Below the pieces are notes generated by a model. It did not search any database, was not told where the DNA came from, and saw only the letters and a list, made by a program, of their open reading frames with translations. Made by a program: the position numbers and the translations under genes. DNA of 64,000 bases, from positions 8,258-72,257 of the forward strand of contig JAFRHR010000060.1 in assembly GCA_017433195.1 (NCBI GenBank), written 5' to 3'. The stretch comes from a bacterium. Its GTDB lineage: Bacteria > Cyanobacteriota > Vampirovibrionia > Gastranaerophilales > Gastranaerophilaceae. Below, piece after piece: positions 39,387 through 49,827 of this stretch (the stretch's first letter is position 1; each line of letters opens with the position of its first letter).

Positions 39387-39968
39387 TTATTCTTCAATAA
39401 TTGATTTGATTTGAGACAAATCGTCTTTTGTCATTTCGATTTGTTCTTTTGTTGCGTACTGCATTAAATATGACGGATGATAAATTGCAATGCCTTTGTA
39501 GGCCTTTTCGTTCAATATTACTTCTAATAAATTGCCCCTAACGGATGAAAAAGAGCCCTTATTTGAAACAAAAGATTTTAGAGCCGTATTTCCGCAAAAT
39601 ATGAGCAGTTTCGGGTTAATAATTTCTATCTGCCTGATTAAAAAGTTACGGCAGGCATCTTTTTCCGCTTTTGCAGGAACTCTGTTTTTAGGAGGTCTGC
39701 ATTTTACAGTATTTATTATGTATAAATCCTTTTCCCTTGAAATTCCGACTTCTTCAAGAAGTTTATCCAAAAATTTTCCCGCTTTTCCGACAAAAGGAGT
39801 CCCTGTCAAATCCTCATTTGCACCGGGGGCTTCACCTATAAGTATTGCTTTTGCGGTATTTTCATCACCTGATGAAAAAACAATATTTGTTCTTGTTTTG
39901 CCGAGTTCACAGTCTTGACAAACTTCACATTCTTTTTTTAATTCGTCAATTAAACTCGTTTTATTCAT
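39387..39968 (-). CDS. uracil-DNA glycosylase, family 4
   Basis: CQDCELGKTR, GEAPGANED and PFVGKAGKFLD, plus IYHPSYL. Confidence 0.85.
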   Translation of the reverse strand: MNKTSLIDELKKECEVCQDCELGKTRTNIVFSSGDENTAKAILIGEAPGANEDLTGTPFVGKAGKFLDKLLEEVGISREKDLYIINTVKCRPPKNRVPAKAEKDACRNFLIRQIEIINPKLLIFCGNTALKSFVSNKGSFSSVRGNLLEVILNEKAYKGIAIYHPSYLMQYATKEQIEMTKDDLSQIKSIIEE

Positions 39969-41433
39969 CTTCTTTTCCTAAGATATTGTATTTCAGGCAA
40001 TACTTATCAAGTTCTCTCATAACAACACCTGACAGAGCAAATACCGCTATTAAATTCGGCACTGCAAGGAAGAGTGTTACCGCATCAGAAAGGTTTATAA
40101 TACTCTTAAAGTTCATAGCCGAACCTGCAACGATAAACACACAGTAAATAACCTGAAAAATTCGCAGTTTCCACTTGGCATGCCCGAACAAAAACTGCCA
40201 TGAACTCGTTCCGTAATAAGAACCGCAAAGCATTGTTGACATAACAAAACAGGTAACCATAACCGTGAGCAAAATCGGGAAGAACGGAAATGCAGATGCA
40301 AAAGCCTTTGAAGTTAATTCAATTCCCGCAAGCCCGTCAACGTTTAGATAAGCACCTGATACAACCACGATAAACGCAGTTGTTGCACCGACTATAACGG
40401 TATCCACAAACGGCTGAATCATTGCAATAAAACCCTGAACGACTGGTTTATTTGTATTAACCGCAGAAAACGCAATAGATGCAGTACCTAATCCTGCCTC
40501 GTTTGCAAACATTGCACGTCTGAATCCCCATAGCAGACAAACAAAAATTCCTCCGTTTACGGCACTCGGAGAAAACGCTTCCGACAACACCAAATGTATT
40601 GCGTGAGGAAATCTGCCTATATTCATTATACAAATAATCAAACCGCTTATTACATAAAGAGTACACATCAAAGGTGTAACACGGGAAGTAAATTTTCCGA
40701 TAGCCTTAATTCCGCCGATAATTGTAAACCAGGTAATACACGCAACAATTAAGCCCAAACACCATCCGTTATTGTAGAAGAAACTGTTTTCTCCGCCTGT
40801 AACTTCTGTTATCTGAGTTGTCATAGCATTTATCTGGAACAAATTCCAACCGCCTATCATTGCAAAAACCGCAAATAGTGCATAACCTTTTGCCAAATAC
40901 GGCGCAAAGTGTTTTATATGTTTGCCCTTTAAACCTCTTAAAATGTAATACATCGGACCGCCAGAGACTGTATTATCTTTGTTTATTTTTCTGTATTTAA
41001 CACCCAGTACAACTTCCGAAAACTTCAAAGCCATTGATAAAATTCCTGCGACCATCATCCAGAAAATTACCCCCGGGCCTCCTATTGAAACCGCAGCAGC
41101 AGAACCTGCAACGTTTCCGATACCGGCAGAAGCCGAAATTGTTGCACTCAAAGCCTGAAAAGACGAAACCTCTCCTCTTTTCTTTTTCTCATAAGTATCA
41201 TTATGTTCGTATTTGTTTTGGATAAGTTTTAATGCATGTTTAAATCCCCAAAAGCAGATAAATTTTGTCCTCAGGGTAAAAAATACTGCCGCAAAAATCA
41301 AAAGTGCAACAAGAAGCTCTACTTTTACGCCGCCTATATTTACGGAATAAAAGATTATACCAGAGATTTTATCGGCTATTGGAGACAGCAAACTGTCTAT
41401 CAGTGCATCTAAATTCATAACGCAATAATACAA
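39961..41433 (-). CDS. alanine/glycine:cation symporter (AGCS family)
   Basis: Multi-pass membrane protein. EVSSFQALS..ISA..G.GN.AG.A.A...GGPG.IFWM is typical of AgcS. Confidence 0.85.
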   Translation of the reverse strand: MYYCVMNLDALIDSLLSPIADKISGIIFYSVNIGGVKVELLVALLIFAAVFFTLRTKFICFWGFKHALKLIQNKYEHNDTYEKKKRGEVSSFQALSATISASAGIGNVAGSAAAVSIGGPGVIFWMMVAGILSMALKFSEVVLGVKYRKINKDNTVSGGPMYYILRGLKGKHIKHFAPYLAKGYALFAVFAMIGGWNLFQINAMTTQITEVTGGENSFFYNNGWCLGLIVACITWFTIIGGIKAIGKFTSRVTPLMCTLYVISGLIICIMNIGRFPHAIHLVLSEAFSPSAVNGGIFVCLLWGFRRAMFANEAGLGTASIAFSAVNTNKPVVQGFIAMIQPFVDTVIVGATTAFIVVVSGAYLNVDGLAGIELTSKAFASAFPFFPILLTVMVTCFVMSTMLCGSYYGTSSWQFLFGHAKWKLRIFQVIYCVFIVAGSAMNFKSIINLSDAVTLFLAVPNLIAVFALSGVVMRELDKYCLKYNILGKEDE

Positions 41434-41456
41434 TAAAGACTATTTAGGGTAAAGTC

Positions 41457-42674
41457 TTAGATTTTTTCGGGGCTCAAAACAACGGTCAAATGCTTATCAG
41501 TGAAGTATTTATTGGTAACTCTCTGAATATCTTCAACAGTAACTTCTTTTAGTCTTTGTTTCATTTTATCCTGATAATCAAAGCCCAAACCAAAGATACC
41601 GTAATTAGCAATAATATTGACTTTTTGAGAATTTGTTTCAGTAACAAAAGCCTGTTTTCCGAAGATGTTATTTTTAGCATCATCAAGTTCTTTTTGACTT
41701 ACCGGAATTGTTTTGATTTTATTAATTTCTTCCTCAAAGCCTGCAAGCGCAACCTTGATATTTTTAGGCTCTGTTGCGATATAGATACTGAAACTTCCGC
41801 AAGACTGTTTTGATTCACAGGTGCTTCTTACGTGGTATGCAAGACCTTTTTTCTCTCTTAATTCAAGGAACAATCTTGATGAAAGACCGCTTGCCCCCAA
41901 AATAGTATTAACAAGTGCCAAAGCCGGAAAATCATCAGAATAAATTGTCGGGATTATCCAGCCCTGAATAATTTGTGCCTGCTGGGCATCTTCTTTAATT
42001 ATGTTTACCAAATCTGCCTTTTTCAAAACGGGAACTGATATATTTCTTTCGTTATCTTGTGAATTTTTTATATCGCCCAATTGCTTGTTCAGAGTTGTTT
42101 TTATCTTTTCAAAATCAACATCTCCGGCAATAGTTATAACTTTTTTACCCGTTTCGATAATTTCGTTATAAGAATTTATAACGTCTTCTTTTGTGATTTT
42201 ATCAATGTTTTCGGAAATAACTGTGTAAGTATTTCCGTAAAAATGGTCTTTATAGAGATTTCTTGTAAATGCGTCAAAAGCCTTTGTTCTTGCAGAATCC
42301 AATTCCGCAACAATTTCACCTTTCATTTTGACAACTTCTTTATCAAATTCTTCAAAAGTAGAATTTTTAAGAATTTCAGCCATAAACTCTATTGCCAAAT
42401 CTATATCTTCATTAAGACAAACGACTTTAAATCTTAAATAATCCTGCTTCATATCGGTATTCAAATCGATTGCATTTTTATCAAGCAGATTTGCCAATTC
42501 TTCTGAGGAATACTTTTTAGTTCCCTGAAGAAGTAATCTGTTCATCAGAGAATAAGTTCCCGGGATTTTTTCGGGATTATTTATGGCTACATTCAAAGCC
42601 AATGCTACTCTCGGGGTATTTTTCGCCTCTGAATAAACTCCTGAAATTCCGTTGTCTAACTCAAAATTTAACAT
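41457..42674 (-). CDS. M16 (pitrilysin/insulinase) family protein, apparently non-catalytic
   Basis: Two-lobed M16 layout, but no HxxEH anywhere. ATG at 42674 (MLNFELDNG). Confidence 0.7.
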   Translation of the reverse strand: MLNFELDNGISGVYSEAKNTPRVALALNVAINNPEKIPGTYSLMNRLLLQGTKKYSSEELANLLDKNAIDLNTDMKQDYLRFKVVCLNEDIDLAIEFMAEILKNSTFEEFDKEVVKMKGEIVAELDSARTKAFDAFTRNLYKDHFYGNTYTVISENIDKITKEDVINSYNEIIETGKKVITIAGDVDFEKIKTTLNKQLGDIKNSQDNERNISVPVLKKADLVNIIKEDAQQAQIIQGWIIPTIYSDDFPALALVNTILGASGLSSRLFLELREKKGLAYHVRSTCESKQSCGSFSIYIATEPKNIKVALAGFEEEINKIKTIPVSQKELDDAKNNIFGKQAFVTETNSQKVNIIANYGIFGLGFDYQDKMKQRLKEVTVEDIQRVTNKYFTDKHLTVVLSPEKI

Positions 42675-42735
42675 AATAATATTTAACCACAAAAATACAT
42701 TCGGGCAAGTCCTAAACAAAAATTAACTCCTCAGT

Positions 42736-42764
42736 TTGACATACAGCATTGTTTATAGTTAAAT
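42736..42764 (+). promoter_or_regulatory. candidate sigma-70 promoter for ispH-rpsA
   Basis: TTGACA, 17-nt spacer, TTAAAT, about 50 nt upstream of ispH. Confidence 0.3.
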
Positions 42765-42816
42765 ATGGTTACTGAGGGAAACCTCTAGTCTAACAAGAAA
42801 GTGAATTTTACACTCT

Positions 42817-43689
42817 TTGAATAATAAAGAAATACAATTAGCGAAATATGCAGGGTTTTGTTACGGAGTCAAACGTGCCGTTGAAACCGTTAAAAAACTG
42901 AAAATTGATAACCCTGAAAAAGAAATATACATTTTGGGAGAATTAATCCATAATTCTGACGTTATTAAAGAACTGAACGATTTGGGAATAAAAACAATAT
43001 ACGAAATCCCGGAAAAAGGAAACGGAATTTGCGTTATAAGAAGTCACGGAGCATCTCCCGAAATATTTGAAAAACTTAAAAATGCAGGATTTGAAACAGT
43101 TGATTTGACTTGTCCCGACGTAAAAAAAGTTCAGCAAAAAGCAATACAAATTGCAAAAGACGGGTATTTTCTTATAATTGTCGGAAAATCCGAACACCCG
43201 GAAGTTATGGCAATAAAAGCAAATGCGGAACAATGGACTAAAGATATTGCCGTTGCAACTTCTCCCGAACAACTTGCCCAATACGAAGAAAAAATTATTG
43301 CACACAAAAAAGTCGGAGTAGTTGTTCAGACAACACAAAGAATTGACACTTTAGAAAGCATCGTTCAGTATTTAATTCCGAGAGCAAAAGAATTACTCGT
43401 TGCAAACACTATATGCCCGAGTACCGCAATGCGCCAAAAAGAAACAATTGAACTTGCAAAAAATAACGATTTGGTAATCGTTGTAGGCTCAAAAAAGAGC
43501 GCAAACACTTCTCACTTAGCAGAAATTTTAAAAGGTTTAACAAAAAATATCCACATCGAAAACGATATGGAACTTGATGATTATGCAGATGTAATAAAAT
43601 CCGCAGAAAGCATCGCTTTAACTGCAGGAGCATCAACTCCGCAGAATATAATTGAAAAAGTAGTTAATAAAATAAAAGGAGGACTATAA
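42817..43689 (+). CDS. ispH: 4-hydroxy-3-methylbut-2-enyl diphosphate reductase
   Basis: YAGFCYGVKRAV, conserved Cys residues, ...VVGSKKSANTSHL. TTG start. Confidence 0.9.
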   Translation: MNNKEIQLAKYAGFCYGVKRAVETVKKLKIDNPEKEIYILGELIHNSDVIKELNDLGIKTIYEIPEKGNGICVIRSHGASPEIFEKLKNAGFETVDLTCPDVKKVQQKAIQIAKDGYFLIIVGKSEHPEVMAIKANAEQWTKDIAVATSPEQLAQYEEKIIAHKKVGVVVQTTQRIDTLESIVQYLIPRAKELLVANTICPSTAMRQKETIELAKNNDLVIVVGSKKSANTSHLAEILKGLTKNIHIENDMELDDYADVIKSAESIALTAGASTPQNIIEKVVNKIKGGL

Positions 43690-43691
43690 AA

Positions 43692-44753
43692 ATGGCAAAA
43701 ACATTAGAAATTGCAGATGATTTCGAACAATTATTAAACGAATCATTCTCAAAAACATTCTCTGTTGCGGATATCGTAGAAGGTACCGTTATCAGACGTG
43801 AATCAGAAGGTTATCTTATCAGCATTAAAGGTGCAAAAATGGAAGCATTTTTATCAGATAAAGAATTACCTTCAGAAATTACAGAATTAATGATAGGCGA
43901 CATCAAAGAATTCTTCGTATCAAAAGAAGAAACTGATGACGAACCTATGCAGGTTTCATTAAAGAGAATCGCTTTTGCTCAGGCTTGGGCTCAGTTAAAT
44001 GATGCTAAAGTTCAGGGTGATACAATCCTTGCTAAAGTTGTTTCAACTGTTAAAGGCGGATTACTTGTTGACGTTGCTGACTTGAAAGGTTTCATTCCTT
44101 CTTCTCAGTTAAGAACAAATTCACCGATTGAAGAACTAATTGATCAGAAAATTGAAGTTAAAGTTCTTGAAGCAGATCCTAAGAAAAACAAACTTATACT
44201 TTCTCAAAAACAGGCAGTTGTTGATCAGCGTGATCAGGTTGCTGATGAAGTTCTTTCAACACTTGCAGAAGATATGGTTGTTAAAGGAAACGTTGTAAGA
44301 ATAACTGATTTCGGCGCTTTCGTTGATATAAACGGTATTGACGGATTATTACCGATTTCTGAAATTTCTTGGCAGAGAATTAAACACCCGTCAGATATTA
44401 TTAAATTGGGTGAAACTTTAGAAGTTAAAGTTATCAAGATTGATCCTGAATTAAAGAGAATTTCTTTAAGTTTAAAGAGAATGGGTGAAAATCCATGGCA
44501 GCAAATCGAAGGACAATTCTCAGAAGGTCAGGTTATCAAAGGTACTATTAATAAATTAACATCTTTCGGTGCATTTATTAATATCTTCCCGGGAGTTGAA
44601 GCATTATTGCCTGTAGCGGAAATGGAAGGCGAAAATGTAAATCCGTTTAACGTTTACAAGGTTGGTGATGAAATCGATGTTATGATTAAGAAATTCACAC
44701 CGCAAGAACACAGAATCGCTTTAAGTACAAAAGATATTAAAGCAACTGTATAA
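43692..44753 (+). CDS. rpsA: 30S ribosomal protein S1 (4 S1 domains)
   Basis: Repeated G..V.G.V......G..V.....GF.P.S motifs. The classic ispH-rpsA pairing. Confidence 0.85.
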   Translation: MAKTLEIADDFEQLLNESFSKTFSVADIVEGTVIRRESEGYLISIKGAKMEAFLSDKELPSEITELMIGDIKEFFVSKEETDDEPMQVSLKRIAFAQAWAQLNDAKVQGDTILAKVVSTVKGGLLVDVADLKGFIPSSQLRTNSPIEELIDQKIEVKVLEADPKKNKLILSQKQAVVDQRDQVADEVLSTLAEDMVVKGNVVRITDFGAFVDINGIDGLLPISEISWQRIKHPSDIIKLGETLEVKVIKIDPELKRISLSLKRMGENPWQQIEGQFSEGQVIKGTINKLTSFGAFINIFPGVEALLPVAEMEGENVNPFNVYKVGDEIDVMIKKFTPQEHRIALSTKDIKATV

Positions 44754-44772
44754 CACAGTATAAATAAGACAT

Positions 44773-44806
44773 AAGGCGGGCTGATTTCATCAGCCCGCCT
44801 TTTTTA
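44773..44806 (+). terminator. rho-independent terminator after rpsA
   Basis: AAGGCGGGCTGA-5 nt-TCAGCCCGCCTT followed by TTTTT. Confidence 0.65.
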
Positions 44807-44889
44807 AATTAAGTTTTTATAAAGATATCCCGTTTTACTTGTTTTATAAATACTTTTATTCTATTATGAAAAACAAAAACGGAGCCGAA

Positions 44890-46509
44890 ATGAAACATTC
44901 AAAATATTCAGTAATTGTTGTAGGAAGCGGTATCGCAGGACTATATGCAGGATTAAAATTATCACAACAAAAAACTTTACCCGACGGGATTTTGATTATC
45001 ACTAAATCAAAATTAGGCGAAAGTAATTCAAGATATGCACAGGGCGGCATTGTCGGGGTTATGAAAGACAACGTAAACGATTCTGTTGAATCTCATATTT
45101 GCGACACATTAAAAGCAGGTGCAGGGTTAAGCGAGTACGATACTGTTAAGTTTATATCAGAAAACTCAAACGATGTTATTGAAGATTTGATTAATATGGG
45201 TGTTGATTTTGATAAAGACGAAAACAACAAAATTACATACACTCTCGAAGCGGCTCACAGTATAAACAGAGTTTTGCATTCAGGCGGTGACGCAACAGGC
45301 AAAATGATTGAAAAGACTCTATGCGAAAGGATAAAAGAAAACACAGAAGTTACTATTTACGAAGAAAATTTAGCGGTTGAACTTCTGATAGACACACAAA
45401 ATCAGTGCAAAGGTTTAATTACATATAATTCAGTTTTGAATGAATATGAAGCTGTTTATTCGTCAGCGACAATTCTTGCATGCGGAGGTTTGGGACAGTT
45501 ATACAAATACACGACAAATCCGTCAGTTGCAACAGGTGACGGAATTGCACTTGCCTACAATGCAGGCGCAAAAGTAAGAGATTTGGAATTTATCCAGTTC
45601 CATCCAACAGCACTTGCTATAGATAACGGCGAAAACAGATTTTTAATTTCAGAAGCCGTAAGAGGCGAAGGCGCAAAACTCATAAATTCAAAAGGTGAAG
45701 AATTTATGAGCAGATACCACGAAAAGAAAGAACTTGCTCCAAGAGACATTGTTGCACGTTCTATTTTCTCTGAAATGATGAAAGAAGGAACAGATAACGT
45801 ATTTTTAAATACATCAGTTATTGAAGAAGAACAGTTAAGAAGACGTTTTCCGAACATTTTAAAGATGTGCGAAGAAAACAATATTGATATGATACATTCC
45901 GCAATACCTGTTGCACCGGCTGCACACTATTCAATGGGCGGAATAATGACAGATATTGAAGGCAGAACAACTATTCCGGGGCTATATGCTTTAGGGGAAG
46001 TTGCATCAACAGGACTTCACGGAGCAAACAGACTTGCAAGCAACTCTCTGCTTGAATGTGTTGTAAGTGCCGCAGAATTATCAGATTATCTGTCATTCTC
46101 AAATCTGACAGTCACAAATCAGATTGACGAAAAAATTAAAAATACACTTGATAAATACTCTGAACAAATTGACGAAACCATCGATTTTGATACAGCTTCA
46201 ATGAAAAAAGAAATCAAGGATATAATGTGGAATTATGTAGGAATAAGACGTGACGAAAACTCACTTAAAACCGCATTAAACCTTATTGAAGGGCTATCAA
46301 AAGACTTTACCCGCACTTCAAAATGCAAAAATAAAAACGAATACGAAATAAGAAATATGTTGTTAATTTCAAAATTAATAATAACCTCGGCTCTTGACAG
46401 AAAAGAATCAAGAGGCGCTCACTTCCGTTTGGACTACCCTGAAACACTTGAAAAAGCGGAACACAGCATTTGCCAAAAATGTATTAAGGAATTGATTTAT
46501 GCAGGATAA
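44890..46509 (+). CDS. nadB: L-aspartate oxidase
   Basis: VIVVGSGIAGL (FAD site), HYSMGG and GANRLASNSLLE. ATG at 44890 follows GGAG. Confidence 0.9.
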   Translation: MKHSKYSVIVVGSGIAGLYAGLKLSQQKTLPDGILIITKSKLGESNSRYAQGGIVGVMKDNVNDSVESHICDTLKAGAGLSEYDTVKFISENSNDVIEDLINMGVDFDKDENNKITYTLEAAHSINRVLHSGGDATGKMIEKTLCERIKENTEVTIYEENLAVELLIDTQNQCKGLITYNSVLNEYEAVYSSATILACGGLGQLYKYTTNPSVATGDGIALAYNAGAKVRDLEFIQFHPTALAIDNGENRFLISEAVRGEGAKLINSKGEEFMSRYHEKKELAPRDIVARSIFSEMMKEGTDNVFLNTSVIEEEQLRRRFPNILKMCEENNIDMIHSAIPVAPAAHYSMGGIMTDIEGRTTIPGLYALGEVASTGLHGANRLASNSLLECVVSAAELSDYLSFSNLTVTNQIDEKIKNTLDKYSEQIDETIDFDTASMKKEIKDIMWNYVGIRRDENSLKTALNLIEGLSKDFTRTSKCKNKNEYEIRNMLLISKLIITSALDRKESRGAHFRLDYPETLEKAEHSICQKCIKELIYAG

Positions 46510-47332
46510 ATTTAATATTCAGAAACACGTTAATATGGCTTTGGAAGAAGATCTTCCTTTTGGCGATATCACAACGGACAGTCTGACACACGAAGACGAA
46601 GAACTTACGTACTATTTAAACACAAGAGTTGATGGTATTTTTTGCGGAAAAGATGTTTTTGAAACCGTTTTCAAAACACTTGACGAAAAAATTGAAATAA
46701 AATTCTTTAAAAAAGACGGCGACAAGATAACAAAAGGCGAAAAAATCGCAGAAATAAGGGGAAATGCAAGAGCCATTCTGAAAGGCGAAAGAACCGCTTT
46801 AAACTATGTTCAGAGAATGAGCGGAATTGCGACGGAAACCCGCAAATATGCAGATAAATTAGAAAATTATAAGGCAAGAATTTCTGATACAAGAAAAACA
46901 ACCCCAAATTTCAGATATTTTGAAAAATATGCGGTGCAAGCAGGCGGAGGCACCGTTCACAGATTTAATTTATCAGATTGCGTAATGATTAAGGATAACC
47001 ACATTATAGCCGCAGGAAGCCTTACAACAGCCGTAGAAAGAGTTAAAAAAGTTATTTCACATACTCACAAAATAGAAGTCGAATGCGATAATCTTAATCA
47101 GGTTAAAGAGGCCGTTAATTGCGGAGTTGATATAATTCTGCTTGATAATATGGATTATGAAACAATGACCGAAGCCGTAAAAATCATCGATAACAAGGCC
47201 ATTTCGGAAGCAAGCGGTAATGTAAAATACGAAAATTTGGAAGAAATAGCCAAAACAGGAGTTGATATAATTTCAACAAGTGCCATTGTTGCAGGCGCAA
47301 AAACTCTTGATTTAGGCTTGGATATAGATTAG
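46499..47332 (+). CDS. nadC: nicotinate-nucleotide diphosphorylase (carboxylating)
   Basis: ERTALN..QR.SGIAT, ...RKT.P, KDNH and LDNM. Overlaps nadB by 11 nt. Confidence 0.9.
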   Translation: MQDKFNIQKHVNMALEEDLPFGDITTDSLTHEDEELTYYLNTRVDGIFCGKDVFETVFKTLDEKIEIKFFKKDGDKITKGEKIAEIRGNARAILKGERTALNYVQRMSGIATETRKYADKLENYKARISDTRKTTPNFRYFEKYAVQAGGGTVHRFNLSDCVMIKDNHIIAAGSLTTAVERVKKVISHTHKIEVECDNLNQVKEAVNCGVDIILLDNMDYETMTEAVKIIDNKAISEASGNVKYENLEEIAKTGVDIISTSAIVAGAKTLDLGLDID

Positions 47333-47340
47333 GTTTAAGT

Positions 47341-48246
47341 ATGAAAAGCGGATTTACAGCAATAATAGGCAGACCGAACGTAGGAAAATCTACTTTATTG
47401 AATAAAATTCTCGGTCAAAAAATTGTAATTGCAACAGATAAAGCCCAGACTACAAGAAAGAGAATTAAGGGAATTTTAACTGATGACAGAGGTCAGATAG
47501 TTTTTGTCGATACCCCGGGAATCCATAAACCGCTGAATAAATTGGGCGAATTTTTACTTGATGAGGCAAAAGTTTCCGTTCCGGATACCGACCTTGTTAT
47601 ATTTATAACTGATATTAACGATGCCCCCGGAAAAGGCGACAAATGGATTGCGGAAAATGTTTTAAAAGTCAGCGATACCCCTGTTATTTTGGTTATGAAC
47701 AAGGCAGACAAGTCCAAAGATACAGAAATGTACTCAAAAAATGAAGAACTTTATAAAGAACTTCTTAATGAGTTTGGAAACGGGTATAAAACCGCAATTA
47801 CAATTTCCGCACAAACAGGCGATAATGTCGAAAAACTTATAGAAACAGTTTTTGATCTTCTTCCTGAAGGTGATAAATTCTACCCGGATGATGTTGTTAC
47901 GGAAGAATCAATGAGAGACGTTACGGAAGAAATTATCAGAGAAAAAATTCTTAAAAATACAAAAGAAGAAATTCCGCACAGTGTTGCCGTTCAGGTTGAA
48001 AACTACTTTGAACAGGAAAAAATCGATAAAATTTATGCAACAATTTATTGTGAAACACAAAGCCAAAAAGGAATTTTAATCGGTAAAGGCGGAAGCCTCT
48101 TAAAGACAATAGGCTCAGAAGCAAGACTTGATTTGGAAAACATAACGGAAAAGAAAGTTTATCTTGAACTTAAAGTAAAAGTTGAAAAGGATTGGCGCAA
48201 AAAAGATAAAGCACTCAAAAAATTCGGCTATTTTGATGAGAAATAA
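47341..48246 (+). CDS. era: GTPase Era
   Basis: GF.AIIGRPNVGKSTLLN, DTPG, NKAD, and a C-terminal KH domain (...GKGG..LK.IG...R). Confidence 0.92.
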   Translation: MKSGFTAIIGRPNVGKSTLLNKILGQKIVIATDKAQTTRKRIKGILTDDRGQIVFVDTPGIHKPLNKLGEFLLDEAKVSVPDTDLVIFITDINDAPGKGDKWIAENVLKVSDTPVILVMNKADKSKDTEMYSKNEELYKELLNEFGNGYKTAITISAQTGDNVEKLIETVFDLLPEGDKFYPDDVVTEESMRDVTEEIIREKILKNTKEEIPHSVAVQVENYFEQEKIDKIYATIYCETQSQKGILIGKGGSLLKTIGSEARLDLENITEKKVYLELKVKVEKDWRKKDKALKKFGYFDEK

Positions 48247-48285
48247 CTCTCAATTTTTGATATAATTAAACAGAGAGGACGAGTT

Positions 48286-49017
48286 GTGATAACATTTTTC
48301 GGCAAATGCGTACAATACCTTTGGATATCGATAAAATATCTTTTATCGGGCAAAGCACATTTTAAATCGGTCATAAATCAGGCACTTGCAATAAGTTATG
48401 ACTCTCTGCCGATATCGTTAACAATAGCCTTTGTTGCGGCAGCAGTTATCACTGTTCAAGTTTCAAAACAATTTCTTATGTCCGGTGCCGAAGCGTACAT
48501 AGGCGGGACACTGACAATTGTTATGATAAGAGAAATTGCCCCGGGATTTGTTGCACTTGCAATAGGCGCAAGGGCAGGAACTGCAATTTCAGCGGAAATT
48601 GCGAATATGCAGGTTACAGATCAGGTTGATGCAATAAAAACCTTAAAAGTTGATCCTGTCGGATATTATTTTACACCGAGACTTGTTGCGGGCGCAATTA
48701 CAGTTCCAATGGTTGTTATTATCGCAGAATTTGTCGGAATTGTAGGAGGGATGATTATTTCAATGATGACAATCAATCTTCACCCCGCAAGATATATTAA
48801 TTCTGCATGGCTATGGCTTGCAACAAAAGATGTTTATATAAGCCTTTTAAAAGCATTTATTTTCGGAATACTGATAACACTGGTCTGCGCAACTCAGGGT
48901 TACGAAACCAAAGGAGGCGCAAAAGAAGTAGGTATTTCAACTACAAAGGCCGCCATAAAATCAACAGTTTATATGCTTATAGCGGATTTCTTAATAAACT
49001 TAATCTTTTACCTTTAA
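48286..49017 (+). CDS. mlaE: MlaE-family ABC transporter permease
   Basis: REIAP...A...AGR.G.A..AEI..M.VT.Q.DA......DP pattern. GTG start. Confidence 0.8.
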   Translation: MITFFGKCVQYLWISIKYLLSGKAHFKSVINQALAISYDSLPISLTIAFVAAAVITVQVSKQFLMSGAEAYIGGTLTIVMIREIAPGFVALAIGARAGTAISAEIANMQVTDQVDAIKTLKVDPVGYYFTPRLVAGAITVPMVVIIAEFVGIVGGMIISMMTINLHPARYINSAWLWLATKDVYISLLKAFIFGILITLVCATQGYETKGGAKEVGISTTKAAIKSTVYMLIADFLINLIFYL

Positions 49018-49060
49018 TAAACAAATATGCTATAATTTAGTAGCAAAGAGGAGATTGAAT

Positions 49061-49735
49061 ATGAGATATTTTTTAATAATTTTATCATTACTTTTATTTA
49101 CTAACACATGTTTTGCAGGTCCTTACAGAGCCGATGCCAAAACAAAAAGGATTCCTGCGGGAACCAACTTCACTTTAAAAATAATAGAACCTGTAAGCAC
49201 ATTTTCTGCTCAGGAAGGAGATTATTTCAGCGGAGTAATACAAAATGAGCAATCTTCAGGAACAAATGTTGTTATTCCTGCAGGCTCAGTTGTAAGAGGA
49301 AGCGTAAATAAATTAAAAACAAGCAAAAGATTTTCAAGAGGTGCTCAGTTATATTTGGATTTCGACCACCTTGTAACGCCAAACGGCAGACAATTACCTT
49401 TGAGCATGTCTGTTGTTGGTTTTGATTATGTCGGATTTGATGGCGGACTTTATAAAAATTTAGGTTATGGCGAAGCCCTCAAAAATGACTGGAATAAGGC
49501 TAAAACATATACAACAAGATCCGTAAATTACGGACTAAAAGTAAAAGAAGCATCCCCCGGTATGCAATATATTACAGTTCCTTTCTGTGCCGTTGGCGGG
49601 GGCATTGCAACAGGCGGATATATGATAGGCAGAGCCTTTGCTGATATGTGGAAAAAAGGACAGGAAGTTGAATTTAAACAAGGCGACATAATCAATGTAC
49701 TGCTAACTCAACCTATCGATGTTCCTGTAAACTAA
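49061..49735 (+). CDS. secreted protein with a TrbI/VirB10-like beta-domain signature and a Gly-rich C-terminal hydrophobic segment
   Basis: Signal peptide. IPAGTNF...VVIPAGSVVRGSV......R..RGAQLYLDFDHLVTPNGRQLPL. Distant paralogue of 60578..61192. ATG follows AGAGGAG. Confidence 0.45.
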   Translation: MRYFLIILSLLLFTNTCFAGPYRADAKTKRIPAGTNFTLKIIEPVSTFSAQEGDYFSGVIQNEQSSGTNVVIPAGSVVRGSVNKLKTSKRFSRGAQLYLDFDHLVTPNGRQLPLSMSVVGFDYVGFDGGLYKNLGYGEALKNDWNKAKTYTTRSVNYGLKVKEASPGMQYITVPFCAVGGGIATGGYMIGRAFADMWKKGQEVEFKQGDIINVLLTQPIDVPVN

Positions 49736-49827
49736 AAACATTAATGTTTGTAACAATTGGCATGTAGTCAAAAAAAATAATATATGTTATAATACAGTTC
49801 TGGTTATTAACATAGGATTAATATATT

